Under the pieces are notes generated by a model, which saw only the letters and a program-made list of their open reading frames with translations, had not been told where the DNA came from and made no database searches. DNA of 64,000 nt from Candidatus Oxydemutatoraceae bacterium (GTDB lineage: Bacteria > Pseudomonadota > Gammaproteobacteria > Poriferisulfidales > Oxydemutatoraceae): assembly GCA_965219575.1 (NCBI GenBank), contig OZ244779.1, forward strand, positions 1,004,769 to 1,068,768, given 5' to 3'. Below, in pieces: positions 40,852 through 51,200 of the stretch. Both the position numbers and the translations under genes were made by a program. The first letter of the stretch is position 1; each line of letters begins with the position of its first letter.

Positions 40852-41865
40852 TTAATTCTGCGGGCTTTGGTAAGTGCCTTCGGATGCTTGGCTATTGCGA
40901 TATGCCAGTTCTCCAAATGTTTGTTGTGCTTCTGCAGTTTTGGATTCACCCCACAATTTCATCGCTTGCTGTTGCAGTCCACGACCGTACGAAAAAGTGA
41001 GCCGCCACGGCGCACCTTCGCGCAATGCAAGACGATTGATTGCATCCAAATGGGCGGTTGCTTTTTCATCGCTTTGTCCGCCGGAAAGAAACGCAATGCC
41101 GGGCACCGCTGCCGGCACGGTAGATTTCAAGCAGGCAAGAGTATGTTCGGCAACCGTATTCACATCGGCTTGATCCGGACAATCGCTTCCCGATAAAACC
41201 ATATTGGGTTTTAATACAATTCCGTTCAGCTGGACACCTTGAGTACGTAATTCACTAAACACTTCGTTTTGGGTACATTCGCTGACTTCATAGCAATCTT
41301 CTATACTGTGGTGTCCGTCCATGAGTACTTCGGGTTCGACGATAGGCACTATATTTTGTTCTTGACATAATGCCGCATAACGCGCCAGCGCATGGGCATT
41401 TGCATGGATACAAGCCGAAGACGGCATATCGCCGCCGATAGTAATGACCGCGCGCCATTTTGCGAAACGTGCGCCCATCTCGGCGTATTCTTTCAGACGC
41501 TCGCGCAACCCGTCCAAGCCTTCGGTAATCTTTTCGCCTTCGTAGCCGGCGAGTGCTTTAGCACCTTGGTCTACTTTAATTCCGGGAATAATGCCTCTAG
41601 ATTCAAGGTGTTTTGCAAAAGGGACACCATCGTCGGTTTTTTGGCGTATCGTTTCGTCGAAGAGGATAGCGGCGGATATGTATTGTTCTATGTCGGGTGT
41701 GGTGACCAAAACGCTACGATAGCTTTTGCGGTTCTCTTCGGTTGTAGGGATGCCTAGCTTTGCAAAACGTTTGTCGCAGGTAGGCTTGCTTTCGTCCATT
41801 GCCAAAATGCCTCTGGTAGGTGCGACCATAGCTTGGGCGGTTGCGTGCAGTGTTTCCGAATTCAT
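40852..41865 (-). CDS. fructose-bisphosphate aldolase class I
   Basis: GILAMDES, GIKVDQG, FAKWRAV, LARYA, PIVEPEV, LKPNMV, FLSGGQS, FSYGR. Confidence 0.97.
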   Translation of the reverse strand: MNSETLHATAQAMVAPTRGILAMDESKPTCDKRFAKLGIPTTEENRKSYRSVLVTTPDIEQYISAAILFDETIRQKTDDGVPFAKHLESRGIIPGIKVDQGAKALAGYEGEKITEGLDGLRERLKEYAEMGARFAKWRAVITIGGDMPSSACIHANAHALARYAALCQEQNIVPIVEPEVLMDGHHSIEDCYEVSECTQNEVFSELRTQGVQLNGIVLKPNMVLSGSDCPDQADVNTVAEHTLACLKSTVPAAVPGIAFLSGGQSDEKATAHLDAINRLALREGAPWRLTFSYGRGLQQQAMKLWGESKTAEAQQTFGELAYRNSQASEGTYQSPQN

Positions 41866-41981
41866 AACAGACGATTATACGAATTTGACGAAGTTTTTCA
41901 ATGTTTGTAGAACCACGAGTTAAAGTCCACCCTCAAGGGAAATGATCGGGGGCGGAATAAGGGTGTCGGCAGGAATAAAAA

Positions 41982-42194
41982 CTAAAAAAATAATTTTATC
42001 AGTATAGCGACATTCATAACGAATATTAAGCCTAACACCCAGCGCATATATTTAAGCTCCATTTCTAGCCTTGTTACATCCGCCTTCGTTGCCACGTCCT
42101 TTGAACTTGCAACATCGGCGATCGCTTCCTTTATTTCCGAATCGGTCGCATCGGGTATACGCTTAAATAAATTATATAGGGCTATTTCTGACAT
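41982..42194 (-). CDS. small coiled-coil protein with C-terminal membrane anchor (DUF1640/CCDC90-like)
   Basis: AGGAG RBS, VATKADV motif, hydrophobic tail WVLGLIFVMNVAILIKLFF. Confidence 0.7.
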   Translation of the reverse strand: MSEIALYNLFKRIPDATDSEIKEAIADVASSKDVATKADVTRLEMELKYMRWVLGLIFVMNVAILIKLFF

Positions 42195-42268
42195 CTTTGT
42201 TTACTCCTACTAAAATTCCAATTTTAGCATATTTCTCCAATTCTATCGGCTTAGCTCGAAACTTCTAG

Positions 42269-42327
42269 CATGTTGAAGTTCTGCACAGCATCACGCCGAT
42301 TGATCTATCGGCTCAATCGGCGGTTCT
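42269..42327 (+). repeat. family P palindrome (42295-42321) with its extended 5' flank; overlaps pyk stop
   Basis: CATGTTGAAGTTCTGCACAGCATCAC-GCCGATTGATCTATCGGCTCAATCGGC; flank also at 614-639 and ~11321-11344. Confidence 0.8.
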
Positions 42328-43770
42328 GCCGACACGGATGATTTTCATTGCGTTGGTGCCGCCGTGTTGTCCTTTTTTATCGCCTTTGGTGATGATGACT
42401 ACCGAGTCTTTATCGAAGCGGTGATAGGGTTTTAAGGCGTTGACGACTTCTTGATTGATGTCGCCGGAATAATCGCCTTGCAATAGTACCGGGTAGACAC
42501 CGCGATAGAGCGTTACTTTACGGCAGGTTTCTACATGGTGGGTGAGGGCATAAATCGGTATCTTAGAGACGAGGCGGGAAAGCCATTTGGTGGTAGACCC
42601 CGACTCGGTCATCGCTGCAATCGCCGAGACATTTAAGTGGTTTGCGGTGTAGATCGCCGAAAGCGCAATGGCTTGATCGAATTTATATATCTGTTGGTTC
42701 AATAGATAGTCGTTGCTGTGTTGGGTGATATCGCCTTGCTCGGCACCTTGACAAATACGGCTCATCGTTTTCACGACCAGTGCCGGATGTTTGCCGATTG
42801 CCGATTCGGCGGATAACATCAACGCATCGGAACCGTCCAAGACGGCATTTGCGACATCCGATATTTCGGCCCGGGTAGGGACACTGCTGTCGATCATCGA
42901 TTGCAACATCTCGGTCGCAGTGATGACGATGCAGTTGTGTGCGCGTGCTTTAACGATGAGTTGTTTTTGTACTGCGGTCAAAGCTGCGTCTCCGATTTCA
43001 ATGCTGAGATCGCCTCTGGCAATCATCACACCGTCTACGACTTCGAGTATGTCGTCGATACAATCGAGTGCCTCGCTGCGTTCTATTTTGGCAATCAGTG
43101 CGGCATTTCCACCCGCTCGTTGCATCAGTTTTTTTGCGTAAAGCATATCCTCGGGACTCTTGGGAAAGGAAACCGCCAGATAATCCACTCCTATCTTTGT
43201 TGCGAGTTCGATGTCCAGTTTGTCTTTATCGGTGATGGTTTGTGCCGACAAACCGCCGCCGCGCCGATTGACACCTTTATTGTTCGATAGCACGCCGCCG
43301 ATTTTAACCGTCGTTATTACTTGCCGATCCTTTATTTGTTCTACTTCCAGGGTGATGCGACCGTCGTCGAGTAGTAGTTCGTCTCCTTTTTTGACATCTT
43401 TATAGAGGTCTGCATAGCTTATGCCGACGCGACTCTCGTCGCCGGCGTTCTGTTCCAACCCAGCATCCAAAACAAAACACTGTCCCGTTTCGAGTTCTAT
43501 TCGGTCGTTGACGAAACGTTGTATTCTTATTTTAGGTCCTTGCAAATCACCGAGTATGCCGATATGGTATTTTTTTTGTGCCGCTATCTTGCGTACCAGT
43601 TGGGCGTGTCGAAGTTGCTCTTCGGCATCGCCGTGCGAGAAGTTCATTCTGACCACATCTACACCGGCGTCTATGAGTTCTTCGATTGTTTGCTCGTTGT
43701 CGGTAGCAGGACCTAAGGTCGTGATGATTTTTGTGGTTCTGGATTTTTTTGCAAGATTGATTTCGGTCAT
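42313..43770 (-). CDS. pyk: pyruvate kinase
   Basis: TKII.TLGPAT, RMNFSHG, DLQGPKIR, AKIE, MIARGDL, PTRAE.SDVANAVLDG. Confidence 0.98.
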   Translation of the reverse strand: MTEINLAKKSRTTKIITTLGPATDNEQTIEELIDAGVDVVRMNFSHGDAEEQLRHAQLVRKIAAQKKYHIGILGDLQGPKIRIQRFVNDRIELETGQCFVLDAGLEQNAGDESRVGISYADLYKDVKKGDELLLDDGRITLEVEQIKDRQVITTVKIGGVLSNNKGVNRRGGGLSAQTITDKDKLDIELATKIGVDYLAVSFPKSPEDMLYAKKLMQRAGGNAALIAKIERSEALDCIDDILEVVDGVMIARGDLSIEIGDAALTAVQKQLIVKARAHNCIVITATEMLQSMIDSSVPTRAEISDVANAVLDGSDALMLSAESAIGKHPALVVKTMSRICQGAEQGDITQHSNDYLLNQQIYKFDQAIALSAIYTANHLNVSAIAAMTESGSTTKWLSRLVSKIPIYALTHHVETCRKVTLYRGVYPVLLQGDYSGDINQEVVNALKPYHRFDKDSVVIITKGDKKGQHGGTNAMKIIRVGRTAD

Positions 43771-43786
43771 CGTTAATGCGCCGAGT

Positions 43787-43807
43787 GGGGTTGTTGAAAA
43801 AGTACCG
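43787..43807 (+). repeat. isolated end of composite MITE-like repeat between pgk and pyk
   Basis: GGGGTTGTTGAAAAAGTACCG, reverse complement of 8841-8861 with 2 mismatches. Confidence 0.6.
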
Positions 43808-43851
43808 TTGGTGCAGAAATGAGACCGTCGTGTGCCATTGATTTTTGCAAA

Positions 43852-45054
43852 CTATACATCGTTTGCCGCTTTGTGGTTCAGCATCGTCAAGGCGGGCAGT
43901 TCCTGTCCCGAGACAAGTTGCAGAAAAGCACCGCCTCCGGTAGAGATATACATATTATCTCTTTGCAGTTCAAACTTTTTTATTGCCGCAAGCGTATCTC
44001 CGCCGCCGGCGACGACATGTGCCGAGCTTTGTTTAATCGCTTGCACGAGTGCCCGAGTGCCGCCGGCAAAAGGCGCATATTCAAAGGCACCGAGCGGACC
44101 GTTCCACAGTACGCAATCGGCTTCGGCTATTGCATCGCCGTAGACGGTTTGTGTTGCCGTGCCTATATCCAGTATCATTTCGTCTGCCTGCACATTATCT
44201 ATGGTTTTGCATACGGTGTCTTGGCTTTCCGATAATTCTTTTGCGCATATCACATCGGACGGCAACAACAGCCGCTTGTGTTGCTCTTTCATTTTATACT
44301 GCAACTCGGCCCCGAAGGAGACGAGGTCTTTTTCATACAACGAGCGTCCTATATTATGTCCGGCTGCGGCAATAAAGGTATTTGCGATGCCGCCGCCTAT
44401 AATCAAGGTGTCTACATGTTCCGATAAAGCCGATAGCAGTTCTAGCTTGCCCGATACTTTAGAACCACCGACAACGGCAACGCGCTGTAGATAGAGCGGA
44501 TCGTCGGTTTCGATATTTCCTAAGGCACTGCGAATCTCGCGAACTTCTCGTGCGAACAACGAACCTGCGCAAGCGGTTTTTGCATATTTTATGGCTTTGT
44601 GCGTGGAGGCGTGGGCGCGGTGCGCACACCCGAAGGCGTTCATCACATAGATATCACAAAGATCTGCCAAGCGGCTCGCCAGTGTATCGTCGTCTTCGAT
44701 CTCACCCGATTGAAAACGAATATTTTCGTACATCACAAGTTCTCCGGGCTGCACGGTGACATCGCTCGAATAATCGGAAACTAAGGATACGGTTTTACCC
44801 AGCAACTCGGACAAGTGCGATGCCACCGGCTGCAGGGAAAATGCCCGGTTATTATCGCTTGCCTCGGGACGTCCCAAGTGCGAGATCAGCGACAATGCGG
44901 CACCTGCATCCAGAGCCATTTTTATATCGGGCAGGCAAGCACGAATTCTTTGATCGTCGCTTACCATGCCTTCGTCAACGGGAACATTCATATCGACGCG
45001 CATCATCACCCGCTTGTTTGCGAGTGCGACTTGATCCATGCGTAGAAATTCCAT
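43852..45054 (-). CDS. pgk: phosphoglycerate kinase
   Basis: RVDMNVP, SHLGRP, AFGCAHRAHAST, GGSKVS.K, WNGP.G.FE, STGGGA; ATG 45054. Confidence 0.98.
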   Translation of the reverse strand: MEFLRMDQVALANKRVMMRVDMNVPVDEGMVSDDQRIRACLPDIKMALDAGAALSLISHLGRPEASDNNRAFSLQPVASHLSELLGKTVSLVSDYSSDVTVQPGELVMYENIRFQSGEIEDDDTLASRLADLCDIYVMNAFGCAHRAHASTHKAIKYAKTACAGSLFAREVREIRSALGNIETDDPLYLQRVAVVGGSKVSGKLELLSALSEHVDTLIIGGGIANTFIAAAGHNIGRSLYEKDLVSFGAELQYKMKEQHKRLLLPSDVICAKELSESQDTVCKTIDNVQADEMILDIGTATQTVYGDAIAEADCVLWNGPLGAFEYAPFAGGTRALVQAIKQSSAHVVAGGGDTLAAIKKFELQRDNMYISTGGGAFLQLVSGQELPALTMLNHKAANDV

Positions 45055-45083
45055 ATAGGTCTGAAGGTGAATTATCGTCTCAC

Positions 45084-46109
45084 CTATTTTGCGTTCATCA
45101 ATACTTCGGACATGTCGATCATCCGACACGCATAAGCCCACTCGTTGTCGTACCACGCCGACACCTTGACCAGAGTATCCTGCATCACTTGGGTGAGGGT
45201 CGAGTCATAAACTGCCGATACCGGATTGTGGTTGAAGTCGCAAGACACCAGAGGTTCGTCGTTGTATGCGATGATACCCTTCATCGAACCCTGCGCCGCC
45301 GCAAGCACGGCATCGTTCACCGCTTGCTTGTTCGTAGGACCGGAGGCGGTAAAAGTGAAGTCGACCAGAGATACATTTAAGGTCGGAATACGCAACGCAT
45401 AACCGTGCAATTTTCCGGCTAATTCCGGTAGCACCAACCCGACCGCCTTGGCCGCACCGGTTTTGGTCGGAACGATAGAAGTCGTCGCCGATCTCGCCCG
45501 TCGCAGTTCTTTATGCGGAGAGTCAATCAATACCTGATCGTTGGTGTAGGCGTGTATCGTGGTCAATAAACCGTGTTCTATGCCGATTGCCTCGTACAAC
45601 ACTCTGGCAACCGGGGCTAAGCAGTTCGTGGTACACGAGGCATTCGAAACGATGCAATCGTCGGCTTTTAACAGCCATTCGTTGACACCGTAGACCACGG
45701 TTGCATCTACATCGTCTTGCCCGGGTGCCGATATCAATACTTTGCGCGCACCGCCGTCCAAGTGTGCCTGCGCAAGTGCCTTGCTCTTGAACTTGCCGGT
45801 ACATTCGCAAACTACATCCACACCGACTTCATGCCAAGGAATCTTGGTCGGATCGCGCTCCGAGTAGACTCTGATCAAGTCTCCGTTGATGCTCAAATGT
45901 TTATCGTCGGCGATCCGCACATCGGCGTTGAAACGGCCGTGTGTCGTGTCGTGTCGTGTCAGATACAATACGGTTTCCAGATCGGTGCTTGCATTGATTG
46001 CAGCTAAGCGAATGTTATCGGTGCGGCGATATTCGTATAAAGCCCGTACGATGCAACGCCCGATGCGCCCGTATCCGCTAATCGCGATGTTAATCATTGA
46101 TACTCCCAT
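45084..46109 (-). CDS. gap: type I glyceraldehyde-3-phosphate dehydrogenase
   Basis: GYGRIGR, SNASCTTNCLAP, HAYTNDQ, RRARSA, TGAAKAV, WYDNEW; start may be 46097. Confidence 0.93.
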   Translation of the reverse strand: MGVSMINIAISGYGRIGRCIVRALYEYRRTDNIRLAAINASTDLETVLYLTRHDTTHGRFNADVRIADDKHLSINGDLIRVYSERDPTKIPWHEVGVDVVCECTGKFKSKALAQAHLDGGARKVLISAPGQDDVDATVVYGVNEWLLKADDCIVSNASCTTNCLAPVARVLYEAIGIEHGLLTTIHAYTNDQVLIDSPHKELRRARSATTSIVPTKTGAAKAVGLVLPELAGKLHGYALRIPTLNVSLVDFTFTASGPTNKQAVNDAVLAAAQGSMKGIIAYNDEPLVSCDFNHNPVSAVYDSTLTQVMQDTLVKVSAWYDNEWAYACRMIDMSEVLMNAK

Positions 46110-48102
46110 GCTGTTGGTTGATTAAAGATTGTGCCGTTGTGTAGATATTTTCTACGCTGAAGCCGAAGTGTTCGAATAGATCTTTGCCCGGTGCCGATGC
46201 GCCGTAGGTGTCTATACCGATTATTGCGCCGTTTGTTCCTACATATCGGTACCACCAATCGCCTTTGCCGGCTTCTATCACCAATTTCGGAACCGTCGGC
46301 GGCAACACCGTTTCTCTATAGCGTTGCGGTTGGCGGTCGAAGACTTCGGCACAGGGTACCGACACCAAATTGACCCGATAATTGTCCTTGATTAGCCGCT
46401 CGCAAAGCTGTGATGCCAATGCGACTTCGGAACCTGTTGCAATAACAATCAACGCAGGCTCCGTAGTTTCGCGCAATAGATAAGCACCTTTGCATATAAG
46501 TTGTAATTGCTCGTCCGATCTATCGCAATGCGCCAAAGTTTGTCGAGACAGAACCAGTGCGCTCGGGTGGTTTTCGGCTTCTATCGCAGCTTTCCATGCG
46601 ACTGCGGTCTCTACCGAGTCGCAAGGTCTCCATACATCCAAGCCGGGCATCAAGCGTAGACTGCCCAAATGTTCTATCGGTTGATGCGTAGGGCCGTCTT
46701 CGCCCAGACCTATAGAGTCGTGGGTATAGATAAAGACGACTTTTGCTTCCATCATTGCCGAAAGGCGTAATGCATTGCGAGCGTAGTCCGAGAATACCAA
46801 AAAGGTAGCCGCAAACGGAATGAACCCGCCGTGCAGTGCGATGCCGTTGGCAATCGCCGACATCGCAAACTCGCGCACCCCGAAATAAATGTAGTTGCCG
46901 TCGTGTTGTTCGGCACCTATGGCTCGGCTCCCCTCCCACAGTGTGCCGTTCGAGCCTGCCAAATCGGCGGAGCCGCCGATTAATTCCGGCAAACATTCGC
47001 TGAACGATGCCAGTGTTCGGCAAGAGGCTTGGCGAGTTGCGAGTGCTTTCTTTTGTTTGTGATTTTGCTCGATCCACTGCGTTGCATGGTTTTGCCAATT
47101 GCTCGGCAGTTGTCCGCCTATGCGACGTTCGAATTCCTCTGCCAGTTCGGGATATTCCGACCGATACGCAGCTAATTTTTCCTGCCAATTTGACTGCTGT
47201 ATGCGACCTTTCTCTTTGGCATCCCACGCCGAGCGTATCTCGTCCGGTATTTCAAACGGTGGGTAGTGCCAATCTAATGTTGCTCGGGCTTGTGCGATTG
47301 CCTCAAAGCCCAAAGGCGTACCGTGTACCGATTCACTGCCTTGCATCGGTGAACCGTAGCCGATAATCGTTTTACAGCACAGCAGGCTGGGAGCCGGGTT
47401 TGAATGTGCGGCCTCGATCGCTTCGGCAACGGCGATGGGGTCGTGTCCGTCTATTTTGCGGATCACATGCCAGCCGTATGCCTCGAAACGCTTGGGTGTA
47501 TCGTCGCCGAACCATTTTTGTACCGGTCCGTCTATGGAGATGCCGTTATCGTCGTAAAAGACAATGAGCTTGCCGAGTTTTAAGGTTCCTGCCAGCGAGC
47601 ACGCTTCGTGCGAGATGCCTTCCATTAGGCAGCCGTCGCCGGCGAATACATAGCTGTAATGGTCGACGATATTAAAGTTGCCACGGTTAAAATGTTGTGC
47701 CAGAGTGCGTTCCGCAATCGCCATACCGACTGCGTTTGCCAGCCCCTGTCCGAGCGGTCCGGTGGTGGCTTCTACGCCTACGGTGATACCGAACTCGGGA
47801 TGTCCGGGCGTCGTTGAACCCAACTGTCTAAAGCGGGTAATGTCTGCTATGCCGAGCGGGTAGCCGCTGAGATGAAGCAATGCATAATGCAACATGCAAC
47901 CATGACCGTTCGAGAGTATAAAGCGATCTCTATCAAACCAAGTGCTATCGCCGGGGTTGTGTTTCAGATAATCGTTCCATAATACTTCGGCGATATCGGC
48001 CATGCCCATAGGCATGCCGGGGTGCCCGGAGCGCGCTTTTTGTACGGCATCCATGCTGAGCACTCTAATCGCATTGGCGAGCTGTTCACGGGGTGGCATC
48101 AC
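46090..48102 (-). CDS. tkt: transketolase
   Basis: SGHPGMPMG, LSNGHG, TTGPLGQG, GDGCLMEG, THDSIGLGEDGPTHQP. Confidence 0.98.
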   Translation of the reverse strand: MMPPREQLANAIRVLSMDAVQKARSGHPGMPMGMADIAEVLWNDYLKHNPGDSTWFDRDRFILSNGHGCMLHYALLHLSGYPLGIADITRFRQLGSTTPGHPEFGITVGVEATTGPLGQGLANAVGMAIAERTLAQHFNRGNFNIVDHYSYVFAGDGCLMEGISHEACSLAGTLKLGKLIVFYDDNGISIDGPVQKWFGDDTPKRFEAYGWHVIRKIDGHDPIAVAEAIEAAHSNPAPSLLCCKTIIGYGSPMQGSESVHGTPLGFEAIAQARATLDWHYPPFEIPDEIRSAWDAKEKGRIQQSNWQEKLAAYRSEYPELAEEFERRIGGQLPSNWQNHATQWIEQNHKQKKALATRQASCRTLASFSECLPELIGGSADLAGSNGTLWEGSRAIGAEQHDGNYIYFGVREFAMSAIANGIALHGGFIPFAATFLVFSDYARNALRLSAMMEAKVVFIYTHDSIGLGEDGPTHQPIEHLGSLRLMPGLDVWRPCDSVETAVAWKAAIEAENHPSALVLSRQTLAHCDRSDEQLQLICKGAYLLRETTEPALIVIATGSEVALASQLCERLIKDNYRVNLVSVPCAEVFDRQPQRYRETVLPPTVPKLVIEAGKGDWWYRYVGTNGAIIGIDTYGASAPGKDLFEHFGFSVENIYTTAQSLINQQHGSIND

Positions 48103-48226
48103 AAAAAGAATGTCAAATCGGTATTTTGTAAATCAAGGTGCATTTTGTGCCATAGTATACTACATAACCGCTTGAGGCTTACAGGGGCGCATACCGAAAA
48201 TTGAATAAATAATTGAGGTATGTATA

Positions 48227-51200
48227 ATGATTGAAATTATTATAAGTTTCTATATTTTTATGATTCATAAGCGTCAAATAGAAGTAGATTTTAGGGTATC
48301 TATTCTCTTACTGTGTTTAGGGTTGCTCGTTGCGCAACCGCTATTCGCACAAGCCCCTTCTTTTGAGATGGCATGTAATACCGAAGACATAGACGACAAT
48401 GACAATGGTTTGATAGAACTGTGTTATCTGGAAGATGTCGCTGCGATACAGCGTGACGGCACCGGTCTACGGCGGGGGACTGCAACACTGGCTGAAGGTT
48501 GCCCTACAAGTGGTTGCAACGGCTATGAGTTGGTCAGGAATTTAGATTTTACGACGACGCAGAGTTATATGACGGGTGTAGTCAACAGCAACTGGATACT
48601 TAACGCTGCCGATTTTATGGGTACTGCGAGACAAGGCTGGGATCCTATCGGTTCTGTTGCCAACAATGATTGTAGCGATTCGGGTAGCAGATGTTTCGCC
48701 GCTATTTTGGAAGGCAACGGCTATAGCATTTCCAATCTGCAAATCAATAGAGACGGTGCTAACGAGATCGGTCTGTTTGCCGGCAATACCGGCACCATTC
48801 GCAATCTCGGTTTGCGAGAAATAGAAGTAGAAGGTAATAATAGGGTCGGTGGGCTGGTCGGTCGCAACGAGGGTAATCTAATCAATGCCCATGTGATTGA
48901 CAGCCGTGTTGAGGGATCAGCGAACAACGCCGGTCTTTTAGTCGGCGTAAGCCGGCCGAGTGCGTTAATTATCAACAGTTATGTGCGTGGCACTGTGGAA
49001 GGTTCTCGTTGGGTCGGTGGCATCTGTGGCCTAAACTTCGGCAGAATCATCAATAGCTATGCCGAGGTCATGGCAAGTGGCGTGAGGGAAGTCGGTGGTT
49101 TAGTGGCTGAAAATCAACACGGGACTATTCGTAATAGTTATGCGATGGGTTCTGCGCATATAACCGCTAACGACAGTGAAAATCGCCGCAGCGTAGGGGG
49201 TCTGCTCGCTGTATTATGGAGAGTCAGTGACTCAAACCCTAATCCGAGCGTTACAAACAGCTATTCGACCGTCAGAGTGACAGGCAATTTAGCGCGAAAC
49301 AACGTCGGCGGTTTGATCGGCAATACAAACATATCCGACCCACTGATAACCGCTAGCTACTGGGATACCGAGACGAGTGAGCGAACAGCCTCTCCGGGAG
49401 GTGGCACACCTCAGACGACCGATGGATTGCAAATGCCGACTGCACCGGGAACAATGGCGAGCGATGTGTATTATCAATGGAGTACCGACGATTGGGATTT
49501 CGGCACCATGCAGACTTATGCTGCACTGCGCTATGCCATCGGCGACGACAACGACAACCCCGGCTGCGATGTAGAACCCGATACGCCACTGCCGCCTTGC
49601 GGTGCATTGTTATCCGGTCAAGCCGGTCGCGATCGGGGTTTGAATACCTTGTTTTTCGTAATAAACGGTGACCGGCAAGATAATACCAGAGTATTCCGAG
49701 ACCGGCCCTTTTCACCGTTGGTGTTCGACTACGATATAAAACTTCCGAGTCTCCAAACTACGATTGAACTAATACCGTATGCTGTCAACGACACTGCAAC
49801 GATTTCGGTCTTTAGCGCATCGGACCAGGACGACGACCTTTTTATGGGCAGGCGCAGTGGTCAGGAAAGCCGTCCTATCACTCTGCAAGCGAATACGAAC
49901 GAAACGATGATGGTCGAGGTAGATGGATTAACCTATAATTTTAATCTGATTAGAGGACCACAGCCTTCGGTTGAGATTGTCTCCTTCGGCACTATACCCC
50001 CGACCGGCACCGTTGACGAAGGTGACGATATTGTGTTTGAAGCGGTGTTTCGCAACGGGAGCGAGGACTATCAATATTCGTTGCAACAGGGCGGCACGGC
50101 ACTCGGTCAAGGGCAAAATAGCACTGCGACTGTCACCGTCACCATACCCGATAATTTGGTGGCAGCCGGCGAAGAAACAACGCAAACTATTTATACGATA
50201 ACGGTGGACGATAGCTTTGACATAGTTTCCAGGGAACTCATGCTAACCGTCAACAAAATCGACAACGGCGAACCGCAACTGGAATTGAGTGTCAGTCCTA
50301 CTATGTTAAGCATAACTTCTAGTGTGGACGATATCGACGGTGTCGGAACATTCAGCTATCAATGGCAGAGCCGTGACGAGGGCGATAGTGGTTGGAACAA
50401 TCTTCCTTCGGTTACTAATTCCCAGATGGTGGCGGGCAATTCTGCGAATACGATCCGCTATCGTGTCATCGTCAATCATACCGACGGGCAAGGACACGGC
50501 AAAGAATATACGATAGGTTTGTTCCCTAGGGATGTGGACGGAGACGACGACGGTTTGATAGATATTTATTATTTGGAAGACTTGAATGTAATACGCTATC
50601 AGGTCGACGGTAGCGGTTATACGATAAATCCCGAGTCGGACAATATCATTGCAGATAAAATCGTCTCGGGTTGTCCTGCGAATACATGCACCGGCTACGA
50701 GTTGTTAAGAGACTTGGATTTCACGACTGCCCGAAGCTATGTAGATGCAACCGCAGAGGTTCAAGATCAAACCACGGTACTAGACGAATGGACGGTGGAT
50801 GATCCTATGAATGACTCGGATACCGGTTGGTTGCCTTTAGCAACCGCAGATGTCCCGTTCGCGAGTCTATTCAACGGCAACAATAACAACATTTCTAATT
50901 TGCAGATAAACAGGGATACGGCTGACGACTCCGATATCGGATTGTTTGCGGTGCTGTCGCCGTCGGCAAGACTGGAGAATGTCGGCGTATTGGATGTTTC
51001 TATCGAAGGCAGAGGCTATGTAGGTGGCTTGGTTGCGCAAAACGAGGGTGTCATCGTCAATAGCTATGCGCAGGGCGAAGTTGCAGGAGCACAACATAGC
51101 GTCGGTGGCTTGGTTGCGCTCAATTCTACTGCGACCGGCGTGATTATCAACAGCTATGCAAATGTGAGGTTAATGTCCGCCGGTGCTTTATTATCGGGTG

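Noticed and set aside
45084-46109. Erythrose-4-phosphate dehydrogenase (epd), suggested by tkt-x-pgk position
   Set aside because: HAYTNDQ, RRARSA and TGAAKA are GAPDH-type rather than the Epd-type SAMNDQ/RRTR
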